A DNA stretch of 64,000 bases from positions 4,929-68,928 of the IMG/VR virus record IMGVR_UViG_3300021412_000003, one strand, 5' to 3'. This document shows positions 8,965 through 17,800 of this stretch, one piece after another. A model generated the notes under the pieces. It searched no databases, was not told the DNA's origin, and saw only the letters and a list, made by a program, of their open reading frames with translations. Source of the stretch: a virus (Duplodnaviria > Caudoviricetes). Position 1 is the stretch's first letter. The number at the start of each line of letters is the position of its first letter. The position numbers and the translations under genes were made by a program.

Positions 8965-9699
8965 ATGACTCTTGTTGGAGAAGTCTCTGACCTGGCCACT
9001 CGGGTCGGTACCGAGTGCAAAGCCATTCGTACGGATTATAACGGGAAGATTGGCACTCTAGCCAGTCTCACCACGACGGACAAGGCTAGTCTTGTCGCCG
9101 CCATTAACGAGGTTCAGTCCGAGGCCGGTGGCGGTGGCGGAGCCACCAACCTTACTCGCACTCTTGCAGCAACTACGGTAACGATCGAGAGTGATACCGG
9201 CACCGACGCGATTGTTCCAGCTGCGGACGGAACCAACGCGGGTGTGATGACTGCGGCCATGCAGGTGAAGCTTGCAGGTGTTGAAGCAGCGGCCGACGTG
9301 ACAGATGCCGGTAACGTTGGTAGTAGCATCCACGGAGTTTCCACCAAGACCACCCCCGTGGGTGCGGATGCGATTCCGATCATTGATTCTGAGGCGCTCA
9401 ATGTTCTCAAGAAGATCACATATACCAATCTAGCTACAGCGGTGGCAGCAGGTATCATCGATGCTGCACCGGGCACCCTGGACACCCTCAACGAGCTTGC
9501 TGCGGCACTCGGTGACGACCCGAACTTCGCAACGACCATCACCAATGACCTTGCGACTCGAGTAAGCGTCAATGCATCTCAGGGCCTCAACGACACCCAA
9601 AAGGGTAATGCTCGGACAAACATCGGTGCGCAATCTGCGGCAGATATCGGAGATACGGCTACGGATTACGTGGTTGTGTTCGAAGCTGCATTGGTCTAG
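8965..9699 (+). CDS. Head/tail fibre-like protein
   Basis: DAAPGTLDTLNELAAALGDDPNFATT fibre motif; Thr/Ala-rich. Confidence 0.7.
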   Translation: MTLVGEVSDLATRVGTECKAIRTDYNGKIGTLASLTTTDKASLVAAINEVQSEAGGGGGATNLTRTLAATTVTIESDTGTDAIVPAADGTNAGVMTAAMQVKLAGVEAAADVTDAGNVGSSIHGVSTKTTPVGADAIPIIDSEALNVLKKITYTNLATAVAAGIIDAAPGTLDTLNELAAALGDDPNFATTITNDLATRVSVNASQGLNDTQKGNARTNIGAQSAADIGDTATDYVVVFEAALV

Positions 9700-9702
9700 C
9701 CG

Positions 9703-10467
9703 ATGACGCTAGTTCAGGAGGTCTCAGATCTTGCTACGAGAGTGGCCCAAGAGTTTAAGAGCATCTTCACCGGGGAGACCTACACCGGCAGTCTTGACAG
9801 TGCTCCTTTTGGATATAGGTCTTTCGTTGGAACAGACGTAACGAATGAACCTGCGGGATACTCCAATGGCTTGGTCTTTACCGCAAAGAACGAGGATGAC
9901 TCGGGCCGAGTTCAACTGGCTTATTCTATTTCCGGTGACTATGCGATCCGATGGCGCCTTGGCGGAAGTTGGAGCAGCTGGTCTCTGTTTACGGATCTAG
10001 ACAACGCGACGTTCACTGGACTCCTAACGGTACCGACCCTGAAGGTAACGACAGGTGCGGCAGCTGGAAAGATTCTGGTTTCTGATGCCGACGGTGACTT
10101 GGCATATGCGGATAGTTCCTATGACTTCTACCTTCGTCCATTCGCTGACAACACTGTTCGTGCAGCGGGCAATGGAGATATGGCATATGGGCTCAAGATA
10201 GTTCGAGCATTTAGAATTCTTTCCGTGACTTATCGCTGTCGCACTGCGGATGCTTCTGGAAACCTTGTAGTAGAGATTAGGAAGAACGGATCACAGCAGG
10301 CCTCCACGGTGGATACGATTGCTGCGGCAAATCAGGTCGCGGGCCATAGCATGACGGGTCTCAGTGTTGATTTCGCAGCGGGGGATATTTTGCTCCCCCA
10401 GGTTACGGGTGTAGGAATCACCCCCGGATTCGGCCTGGATGTGACGATCGAAGGCAGGCGGCTGTGA
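9703..10467 (+). CDS. Fibre-like protein, N-terminus paralogous to 8965
   Basis: MTLVQEVSDLATRV vs MTLVGEVSDLATRV. Confidence 0.65.
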   Translation: MTLVQEVSDLATRVAQEFKSIFTGETYTGSLDSAPFGYRSFVGTDVTNEPAGYSNGLVFTAKNEDDSGRVQLAYSISGDYAIRWRLGGSWSSWSLFTDLDNATFTGLLTVPTLKVTTGAAAGKILVSDADGDLAYADSSYDFYLRPFADNTVRAAGNGDMAYGLKIVRAFRILSVTYRCRTADASGNLVVEIRKNGSQQASTVDTIAAANQVAGHSMTGLSVDFAAGDILLPQVTGVGITPGFGLDVTIEGRRL

Positions 10468-11063
10468 CCACCATCATTCTTCCCCCGGCCAAAGTATCAG
10501 TGTCAGAGAACTTCAGTTCCGGCGGTTCGTCTTCGTCTCTGGGCTCTAACTGGAACAACTTCATCCAAGGTGGCGGAACACTCGGCGTGGTCTTGGGCAG
10601 AGCGGCTTCCACTGGAAGTACGGATGGTCGAAAGAGCTCTCTGCATGTAAGTCGGATGAGATCTGAGAATCATTTCGTTCAGGCCACATGCGGAACCTCG
10701 CCGAACGCGTCGATTCGCGCGGGAATTATTGGACGTGCAGATGAGTCCTTCGCTGAGTGGATTGCTCTTATCGTATCTTCTGGGAACTCCATTCTGATTC
10801 GGGGTTCGGGTCTTGTAAGCTGGGAGGATGCGAATGTGACAGTTCTTGCAACATGGGCTAGCTTCGCAGTGTTCAATGTCATCCGTCTTGAGTTTAGGGA
10901 CGACGTTATTCAGGGCTTCAAGGACGGAGTATCTTTGGGAACGTACTCGGCAACTCGGCCCTATGCAATCGGACCTACTTGTAGGCGCGTTGGATTGCAA
11001 GTTAGCCGGGGCTCTTCCATTAATTCGGGCAATCTCGATGACTTCTCGGCCGGAGACCTGTAG
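10464..11063 (+). CDS. Beta-sandwich (lectin/ConA-like) virion protein
   Basis: ENF...W...GLQVSRG...DDF pattern, resembling C-terminal domain of 24014. Confidence 0.55.
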   Translation: MTTIILPPAKVSVSENFSSGGSSSSLGSNWNNFIQGGGTLGVVLGRAASTGSTDGRKSSLHVSRMRSENHFVQATCGTSPNASIRAGIIGRADESFAEWIALIVSSGNSILIRGSGLVSWEDANVTVLATWASFAVFNVIRLEFRDDVIQGFKDGVSLGTYSATRPYAIGPTCRRVGLQVSRGSSINSGNLDDFSAGDL

Positions 11064-11091
11064 AGCTATGGGCATGGGGTAGGATGTCAAT

Positions 11092-11418
11092 ATGGCGACC
11101 ACACTGGAGGATGTGAAGAACAACCTTCCTCCCGAGGCATCTAATCAGGGCTGGACGGACGTGAAGCTTCAGGCGATGGTTGATGCGGACACCTCGCTGA
11201 ATCGTATCCTGATGACTTATTGGAGTAGTCGGGCGGCAGCTACCTCCAAGCTTGTGAACGTCTCGGAGAGCGGCTCATCCCGTTCACTGGCAGATATTCA
11301 TAAGAATGCTCTGGACATGCTTCGGTATTGGACGACACAGGCTGAGAAGGAAGAGGCACTGGAGATTGTTCCGCCATCGCAGCGCCCGATCTCTTTCGGT
11401 CGAATCAAGCGAGTGTGA
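11092..11418 (+). CDS. Head-to-tail adaptor
   Basis: 108 aa; YWSSRAA...VNVSESGSSRSL; position. Confidence 0.65.
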   Translation: MATTLEDVKNNLPPEASNQGWTDVKLQAMVDADTSLNRILMTYWSSRAAATSKLVNVSESGSSRSLADIHKNALDMLRYWTTQAEKEEALEIVPPSQRPISFGRIKRV

Positions 11419-11421
11419 GAC

Positions 11422-11865
11422 ATGCTCTTCGTTCCATATCCCGATGGTTTTACTCCAATTGATCCAATGCCGGTTGATCCCGGACAGGTTGGCTTGGAGA
11501 TTCAGCAGGAACTAACGCATTGGTTCATCATGCAAGATCCCACCGTGGTGCAGCTGATACCAAAGGAGCGGGTTAGGCAGCCCAACGGCAGCTTTACCGT
11601 AACAGACGGTGCACCACGACCCCAACAAATAGTCAAGATGATTTTCCCCGCCGGTAACAGCGACGGGATCATTGACTCCGGAGATGGCAACGAACGGGAG
11701 TACGACTTCATCGTCGTGGGCGAATGGGATGCTACGATCAAGCTGGATGACTACTGGGTAGATCCATCGGGACAGAAGTATATCGTTACCGGCGTGTCCG
11801 CGTACAACGGATATGAGGTGAAGGCGAACATCAAGAGCTTCGGCCCGGAGGCTCTATATGCCTAA
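11422..11865 (+). CDS. Head-to-tail stopper
   Basis: Position and size in connector block. Confidence 0.55.
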   Translation: MLFVPYPDGFTPIDPMPVDPGQVGLEIQQELTHWFIMQDPTVVQLIPKERVRQPNGSFTVTDGAPRPQQIVKMIFPAGNSDGIIDSGDGNEREYDFIVVGEWDATIKLDDYWVDPSGQKYIVTGVSAYNGYEVKANIKSFGPEALYA

Positions 11866-12217
11866 TCGGATCTCATTCAGCTATGACGACGGCGAGCTAA
11901 TCCGGAGCGTGGCCGGTCTGGAAGCAAAAATACAGGGTGCGGTGGAAATCCTTGTAGATTACCATGCTCTCCAGGGGCAGGCAGATCTCAAAACGAGCGC
12001 TCCGTGGACAGACCGAACCGGGGCAGCCAGAACCGGACTGCACACAATCTCGTTCAGTGGCGGAAACAAGCACACGATCGTGTTTGCTCATTCGGTGCAC
12101 TATGGAATTTGGCTGGAAGTGAAATTCAGCGGGCGTGACGAGGTGATTATGCCCGTGGTTCGTAAGACTGGTAGGGATCTGATGTGGTCTCTCGAGGGAT
12201 TGATGGGAAGACTATGA
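11858..12217 (+). CDS. Neck / tail completion protein (HK97 gp10-like)
   Basis: APWTDRTGAARTGL...HSVHYGIWLE motif. Confidence 0.7.
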   Translation: MPNRISFSYDDGELIRSVAGLEAKIQGAVEILVDYHALQGQADLKTSAPWTDRTGAARTGLHTISFSGGNKHTIVFAHSVHYGIWLEVKFSGRDEVIMPVVRKTGRDLMWSLEGLMGRL

Positions 12218-12630
12218 GCCGCCAGGCGGTTTTCCAGGCTATTATCAATGATGAGGATCTTAATGATCTTCAGATTGACATAGATACGGTCTTCCCGAAC
12301 TGGGCTAAAGATACGACTCCGATCCGTGGAAAGCCCTTTGTGATTCTGCGCTGGGAAGAGCGGCCCATGCGGGGAAATCTTCAGGGGCCTCAGATCCTTA
12401 CGGTGTGGGCGCACTGGCCGAAGGAAGATTCTACGGATCACTCTAAGTTGGATACGATCCTCCAGGGCATTATTGGCGTGCTCACCGCAATGGAACACGT
12501 CAACGGTGAAGATGGAAATGTGGTTACTTCCATTCGTTTTACTGGTTGGGGCAATGATCTATTTGATCCCGGATACAATACGATTGCTAAGAATATAGCT
12601 TTCGAAGTGCAGTTCAGGGCGGCTGCGTAG
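12214..12630 (+). CDS. Tail terminator
   Basis: ATG 12214 (ATGA overlap); position before tail tube genes. Confidence 0.55.
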   Translation: MSRQAVFQAIINDEDLNDLQIDIDTVFPNWAKDTTPIRGKPFVILRWEERPMRGNLQGPQILTVWAHWPKEDSTDHSKLDTILQGIIGVLTAMEHVNGEDGNVVTSIRFTGWGNDLFDPGYNTIAKNIAFEVQFRAAA

Positions 12631-12638
12631 GGTATACT
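12629..12638 (+). promoter_or_regulatory. Putative -10 element AGGG-TATACT
   Basis: Same AGGG-TAYAVT motif at 25628 (before lysin) and 29235. Confidence 0.45.
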
Positions 12639-12665
12639 GAAGGGCGATGTAGGAAGGATATTCCA

Positions 12666-12962
12666 ATGGCAACGGTTGGAGAACCAATGGCAAGCGCGCC
12701 GAAGACTGGGGATACCGAACAGGCAAAGTCTCCCGAGGGTAAGACCGAGTACATTTCGTATACTGGGGGTGCTTCGCGGCGAGAGATCACCGTCGCAGAC
12801 TGGAAGAAGGCCGGTGTGACCGGCATGAAGGAAGACATCAACTTCACCTTCATGAACGGATTCAAGTTGCCGAAGTCGGACTTCTCCGAGTCGGCTCTCA
12901 AGTATCTCCTCGGCGAGCGCCGTACCAACGGATCGCGGTCTTTCAAGTCCGTGACTGAGTAA
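12666..12962 (+). CDS. Hypothetical tail-region protein
   Basis: AGGAAGG RBS, biased codons. Confidence 0.65.
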   Translation: MATVGEPMASAPKTGDTEQAKSPEGKTEYISYTGGASRREITVADWKKAGVTGMKEDINFTFMNGFKLPKSDFSESALKYLLGERRTNGSRSFKSVTE

Positions 12963-12966
12963 TTTC

Positions 12967-13143
12967 GTGGAGGATCTGAGATGCGAAAACAAGAAGCATG
13001 GAGTTCTCTTTGACGGAGTCATAGAGATCAAATGTAATTCGCGTTTCTGTCGTGACTCAGAGCCCGGTGTTGTCGTGCTGCATCGATTCGACGCGAAGAG
13101 CGGCGCTCTTCTCGAGACCCAGAAGTTCAAAGATCCCCTCTAG
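12967..13143 (+). CDS. 58-aa Com-like zinc-ribbon protein, not in ORF track
   Basis: Hand translation MEDLRCENKKHGVLFDGVIEIKCNSRFCRD...; fills gap before major tail gene. Confidence 0.6.
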   Translation: MEDLRCENKKHGVLFDGVIEIKCNSRFCRDSEPGVVVLHRFDAKSGALLETQKFKDPL

Positions 13144-13154
13144 AGGAGAATGAA

Positions 13155-14009
13155 ATGCCTTTGCCCGATGCTCTCCCCTATGGCGTCCGTGACCTGAAGG
13201 TCACTCCGTACCTGGACGCCGTAGGTTCGCAGCTCGCCACCGTGAGTGTTGACCTCCCGAACATGCAGACCCTCACCTTTCGTGAGACCGAGGAGTTCCA
13301 GGACCTGCGAGGTGACGATCGGATCGTCGCGACTCGTGGCCGTGGCGCACAGGTGGAGTGGGATATCGAGGCCGGTGGCATGTCGCCACAGGTCTGGGCT
13401 ATCTTCACCGGTGCCGAAGTCCTGGAAACCGGAGTCACCCCGAATATCAAGGTCCTCATCCGCAAGAAGGGCTCCGACGCGCGCCCGTACTTCCGTATCG
13501 AGGGCCAGTCCATCTCGGACTCTGGCGGAGATGTTCGTATCGTGATCTACCGCGCTCGTTGCAACGGCAACATCGAGGGCGAATTCAAGGATGGCGATTT
13601 CTTTATCACCAAGGGCTCTGGCCTCGGCCTGCCCTTGCTGGATGACCAGAACGACCTCCTCTACGATATCATCCAGAATGAGGAGAAGACCAGCATCTCG
13701 CTCACTCCGGATCCGAACCCGTTGCCTACGCCTCAGAACATTGAGGTCGGCGCGGTGGCAGCTACCACCGTGGCTCTCAGCTGGGACGAAGTCACCGACG
13801 CCGACAGCTACCTGGTCCAGAGTGCGGTGTCTCCGTACACCACTTGGGTCGATGTTACTTCGGGCGCAGGTGGCGAGCCGGTCACGGAGTCTACGACTGT
13901 CACCGGCCTGACCGCCTCTACCGCATACAAGTTCCGTGTTGCCGCTGTCATTGATACTGTGGAGACTGACTTCTCCACTCCGACCGGCGTCGTCACCACC
14001 ACTGCGTAA
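13155..14009 (+). CDS. Major tail (tube) protein with C-terminal fibronectin-III domain
   Basis: LPYGVRDLKVTP N-terminus; PQNIEVGAVAATTVALSWD...YKFRVAA FN3 signature. Confidence 0.85.
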   Translation: MPLPDALPYGVRDLKVTPYLDAVGSQLATVSVDLPNMQTLTFRETEEFQDLRGDDRIVATRGRGAQVEWDIEAGGMSPQVWAIFTGAEVLETGVTPNIKVLIRKKGSDARPYFRIEGQSISDSGGDVRIVIYRARCNGNIEGEFKDGDFFITKGSGLGLPLLDDQNDLLYDIIQNEEKTSISLTPDPNPLPTPQNIEVGAVAATTVALSWDEVTDADSYLVQSAVSPYTTWVDVTSGAGGEPVTESTTVTGLTASTAYKFRVAAVIDTVETDFSTPTGVVTTTA

Positions 14010-14042
14010 GTTGTAAGTCCATCGGAGCCCAAGGAGGCCAGC

Positions 14043-14600
14043 ATGACCAATATCAACGAAGACGAATTCGCCGTTACCTCGTGGGGAGAATCGGCTCCTG
14101 AGCCGTTCGGTATCACGCTCCCCTCGGGGCAGCGGTGTCTCGTGCGTAAGCTGGAGATGGAGGACGTGCTCGCGCACGGACTCCTCAACGACTTGGACTC
14201 TTTCTCTACCAGCTTGCTGGAAGACGAAGAGTCGAAGGACGAGAGCGCCGAAGACGTGATGAAGTCCTTCCAGGACAGCGAGAAGTTCACCAAGCTCACA
14301 GCTACGGTGAATAAGATCGTTATGATCACGGTGTTGCGCCCGTCGGTTTATCCGAAACCGGAATCTTCGATGCATCCCGTAACTCGGGAAACGATTGCGG
14401 GTATCCGTATTCCGGGTCGGGCGTATGTCGATCAGATCTCTTTCATGGACAAGATGGCTATCTTCCAGGCGGTCTTCGAGGGAATGAAGGGGCTCGACCG
14501 ATTTCGCGAAGGACAAGAGGCAGGTCTGGGAACTGTGGAGGATGTCGAAGCAGTACCAGCGGCCTCCGAGCTCCTTGTTGGGGATAACTCCCCGCTCTGA
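14043..14600 (+). CDS. Tail assembly chaperone (G)
   Basis: Between tail tube and tape measure genes; ITLPSGQRCLVRK. Confidence 0.8.
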   Translation: MTNINEDEFAVTSWGESAPEPFGITLPSGQRCLVRKLEMEDVLAHGLLNDLDSFSTSLLEDEESKDESAEDVMKSFQDSEKFTKLTATVNKIVMITVLRPSVYPKPESSMHPVTRETIAGIRIPGRAYVDQISFMDKMAIFQAVFEGMKGLDRFREGQEAGLGTVEDVEAVPAASELLVGDNSPL

Positions 14601-14859
14601 GGGTGATAGACTTCGGGCGTTTTACGTAGACAGAGGCGTATATCTATTCTGTAGCAAGGTCGAGTATGAGATGGATAAAGCGGGTCAGACCTCCAGCAAT
14701 CCAATCTTCTCTGAAGCTGCTCGACGACGTGTGTGGAATAAGTACATTGATCCCGAGAATGCTGTCGTCGGGGTCTACAAAGATCCGGCTGCCGCTAAGG
14801 TCTCAAAGAATGAACCCGAGGTTCAAGATGAAGACCTAGGAGTGAACTTCTTTGGCTGA
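14503..14859 (+). CDS. Tail assembly chaperone T segment, reached by +1 frameshift at CGA TTT CGC
   Basis: +1 frame open from 14488, reads FAKDKRQVWELWRMSKQYQRPPSSLLGI... Confidence 0.65.
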   Translation, partial: FAKDKRQVWELWRMSKQYQRPPSSLLGITPRSEGDRLRAFYVDRGVYLFCSKVEYEMDKAGQTSSNPIFSEAARRRVWNKYIDPENAVVGVYKDPAAAKVSKNEPEVQDEDLGVNFFG

Positions 14860-17800
14860 GTATGACCTCGGAACAGCCCATGGCCGGATCGAGATTGAGA
14901 GTGATAGTAGGGGAACTACTGCTGTAATTCGTCAGCTGGCGGAACTTCGTGCGGCTGCTGCGAGTCTTGAGCGTTCCTTGAACGAGACTCGCGACTCTCT
15001 CGATCAGTTCTCGAGAAATCTTCGTAGTGTTGAGGTGTCGTCGGACAATACCGATCGCCGGGTAGTTGGGCTGGCTGGATCGGTTCGGCGTCTTGGCGGT
15101 GATGCGCAGGCATCTTCCTCGATGATCAACCGACTCAATCTTGACATCAATAAGCTGGCACAAGTCGCGGTTGCTGGCATCCAGCGAGTTAACGAACTTC
15201 GAAGTAGTCTCCAGAAGTTTACTTCCGTCGGTGGTGCGCTTGGGGGAATGGTAAGTGCGCTCACCAATGTAGACGAGGCCTTGGCAGCGGCTCCTCGTTG
15301 GCAGAGGGACATTGTTCGAGTTTCTCGGGCCATTTCTGGCCTGAGCGCTGGCACAGCGGTAGTCCGACGGCTCGGGCTATCTTTTGCCTCTATGATCGCC
15401 GGTACGGCTGCCTTCGGACTCATTGCTCCAAGGATCACGGCTGCGCGAACTGCGCTGCGGCTGATTCTGGGTACAGCGGCTTTGATCTTTCCTAGCTTTG
15501 CTTCTGCTGGAGTCGCGCTTCGGGGGTTCATGGCCTCCGCTGGACTCCTTGGTAGTGGGCTAGGAGCCTTGGCCGGACATGTTGCACGAACTACTCGCGG
15601 CATGTCTCAAATGGTCCTCGGCGGACTGCTTATGCAGAAAGCTCTCCAAGGGATAGCCAGTGCAGCCAAGGTAGCCGTTGTTGGGATGAGCGGCCTGTCC
15701 GTTATCGGCGCAGGCATGCAGATCATCGGCACGGTAGCGCTGGGCGCGGCAAATGCGGTCAAACAGTTGTCCGGAGCCCTTCTCATTGTGCCTGGTGTAG
15801 TAGCCGCGATGGGGATTGCTGCTGGTGTTGCTCAGCTGGCTCTGTCTGGGATTGGAGATGCCTTCAAGGCAGCATCTCTGACTGGCCAGGAGTTTGAGGA
15901 CAAGATCAAGGACATGTCGCCGACGATGCGGGGCGTAGCCCGTTCGGCGCAGTCCATGTTTAATGAGTTCAAGAACCTGAAAGAGATCGCCCAGACAACT
16001 GTCTTGGCCGGATTCGCCAACGATATCAAGCTCGTTGGGAATATCTACATACCCACTCTCGAACGCGGTATCAGCGCGGTGGGCACGGGCCTTAATCGTA
16101 TCAAGGACGGCTTCAGAGACTTTCTGCTACAGCCTGCCACGATCAGGGACGTTAACTCGGCATTCGGGAATACCCGAACAGTCCTGGACAATCTGTCCCG
16201 GTCAGTGTGGCCTCTTATGGCCGCATTTCGAGACATCGCCTCTGTCGGTCTGGAAGTATTTACCGAGATCAGCAATGGTGCTGGGCAGGCCTCCGTTCAA
16301 TTTGCAAATTTCGTTTCGGAGGCTCGGCGTACCGGTGAGCTGAAAGACTTCATTAAGGACGGCATTCAAGGGTTCAAGGATCTCGGATCTGCCATCTCGT
16401 CTATCGCATCGGCTCTCAAGACTATCTTCGAGGCGTTCGGTGCCAGTGGCGAGAACGCTCTGGCACGCTTGGCTGATGGAGCTCAGCGATTCGAAGAAGC
16501 CATGGCTGATTCTGCCTCTGGCGGAACACTGGAGCAAATCGCAACTGCCCTGCAAGAAATTGCAGAGATTTCGATAGATGTTGTTACGACAGCCTTGGAA
16601 CAGCTTCTTGCTATTTCCGCCAGATTAGCTCCGTTTATGCAGGAGCTCCAAGAGGGATTTGGTACGGGGCTCGTTACAGCCTTTACGGCGGTAGGTAATG
16701 CAGCTCAGTTCATGGCCAGTATCCTTGGTAATATGCCGGGGCTTGGTGGTGTTCTTGGTACGATTCTGGCACTCGGAATTGCCCTCAAGGCTACGGCTTT
16801 GTTGTTTTCTCCGATCGTTAGGGGTGTACAGCTTATAGCTGGAGCTTTCATTCTCTTGCGTGGTGCGGTTACCACGATCGTTGGACTGAATGGAGTACTG
16901 GCAGTACTCGCGGCGCGGGGTGGCGTGGTGGGTGCGGCCATGGGGCGTCTCCGTGGAGGCATGATTGCGGCCAGCGCTGCGGCCGGAATATTGACGGCCG
17001 CGCTCTCTGCGGCGGTGTTCGCCTGGTTTGCGATTGATGCGGCCCATCAGAACGTGGATGCTAGCCTCAAGAGGATTGCCGATCGTGAGAAAGAAGTTCA
17101 GGAGGAGACCGAGAATCTCGTAGATGCTCTTAGCGACAGCGGCGGTGCGCTGAGCAAGAATGTCTTTGAGGTGATTCAGACCGATCTTAAGAATCTGGTC
17201 CGGGATCTCGAGGATACCGCAGATCAGATTCCGGGCACTATGGCCGGTGCGGGCGCGGCGCTGGAGACTCTTTTCACTCGGCCTGCTGACTTGGCCAAGG
17301 GTCTCTTTGAGGGCATGTCCGGCGACGGTCAGAAGATGCTTAAGACTCTTGAAGGGTCAGCTATTGGTACACAGCTGACTCTCAAGATGACGGGTGAAGC
17401 CGCCGAGTTGGCAGCCCAGCAGATCCAGCAGATGGGTATTTCTTCTGAGGATCTCTCTCGGATGATCGTGGGCAGTGATACCGAGATCAAGGTTTTGGTC
17501 GACGCTCTGTCCAAGACCGAAAACGGCGGTCGGGAAGCAGGTATCGCTCTTCGCGAACTGCGCGATCAGACGCTGCCCATTATCCAGTCCATGGCTTCTC
17601 TCGGACCAGAGGCAATTAGCCTCTCGGAGTCCATGAAGACCCTGTCTGATGCGGGTGCTTCAGCCGCCGATAAGATGGGCGCTCTCAAAACCGCATTACA
17701 GGCCCTCGGAATTCTTGAATCCTCTACCGAAGAAGCGATGTTCAATATCGCGCAGTCGGTGCAGGAAATCGCGAATGCAGGTACCGGCCTGGAAAAGGGC

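Noticed and set aside
14577-14586. -1 slippery site GTTGGGGATA for the tail chaperone
   Set aside because: The downstream frame is +1, not -1, and T-like sequence begins about 75 nt upstream of this site.
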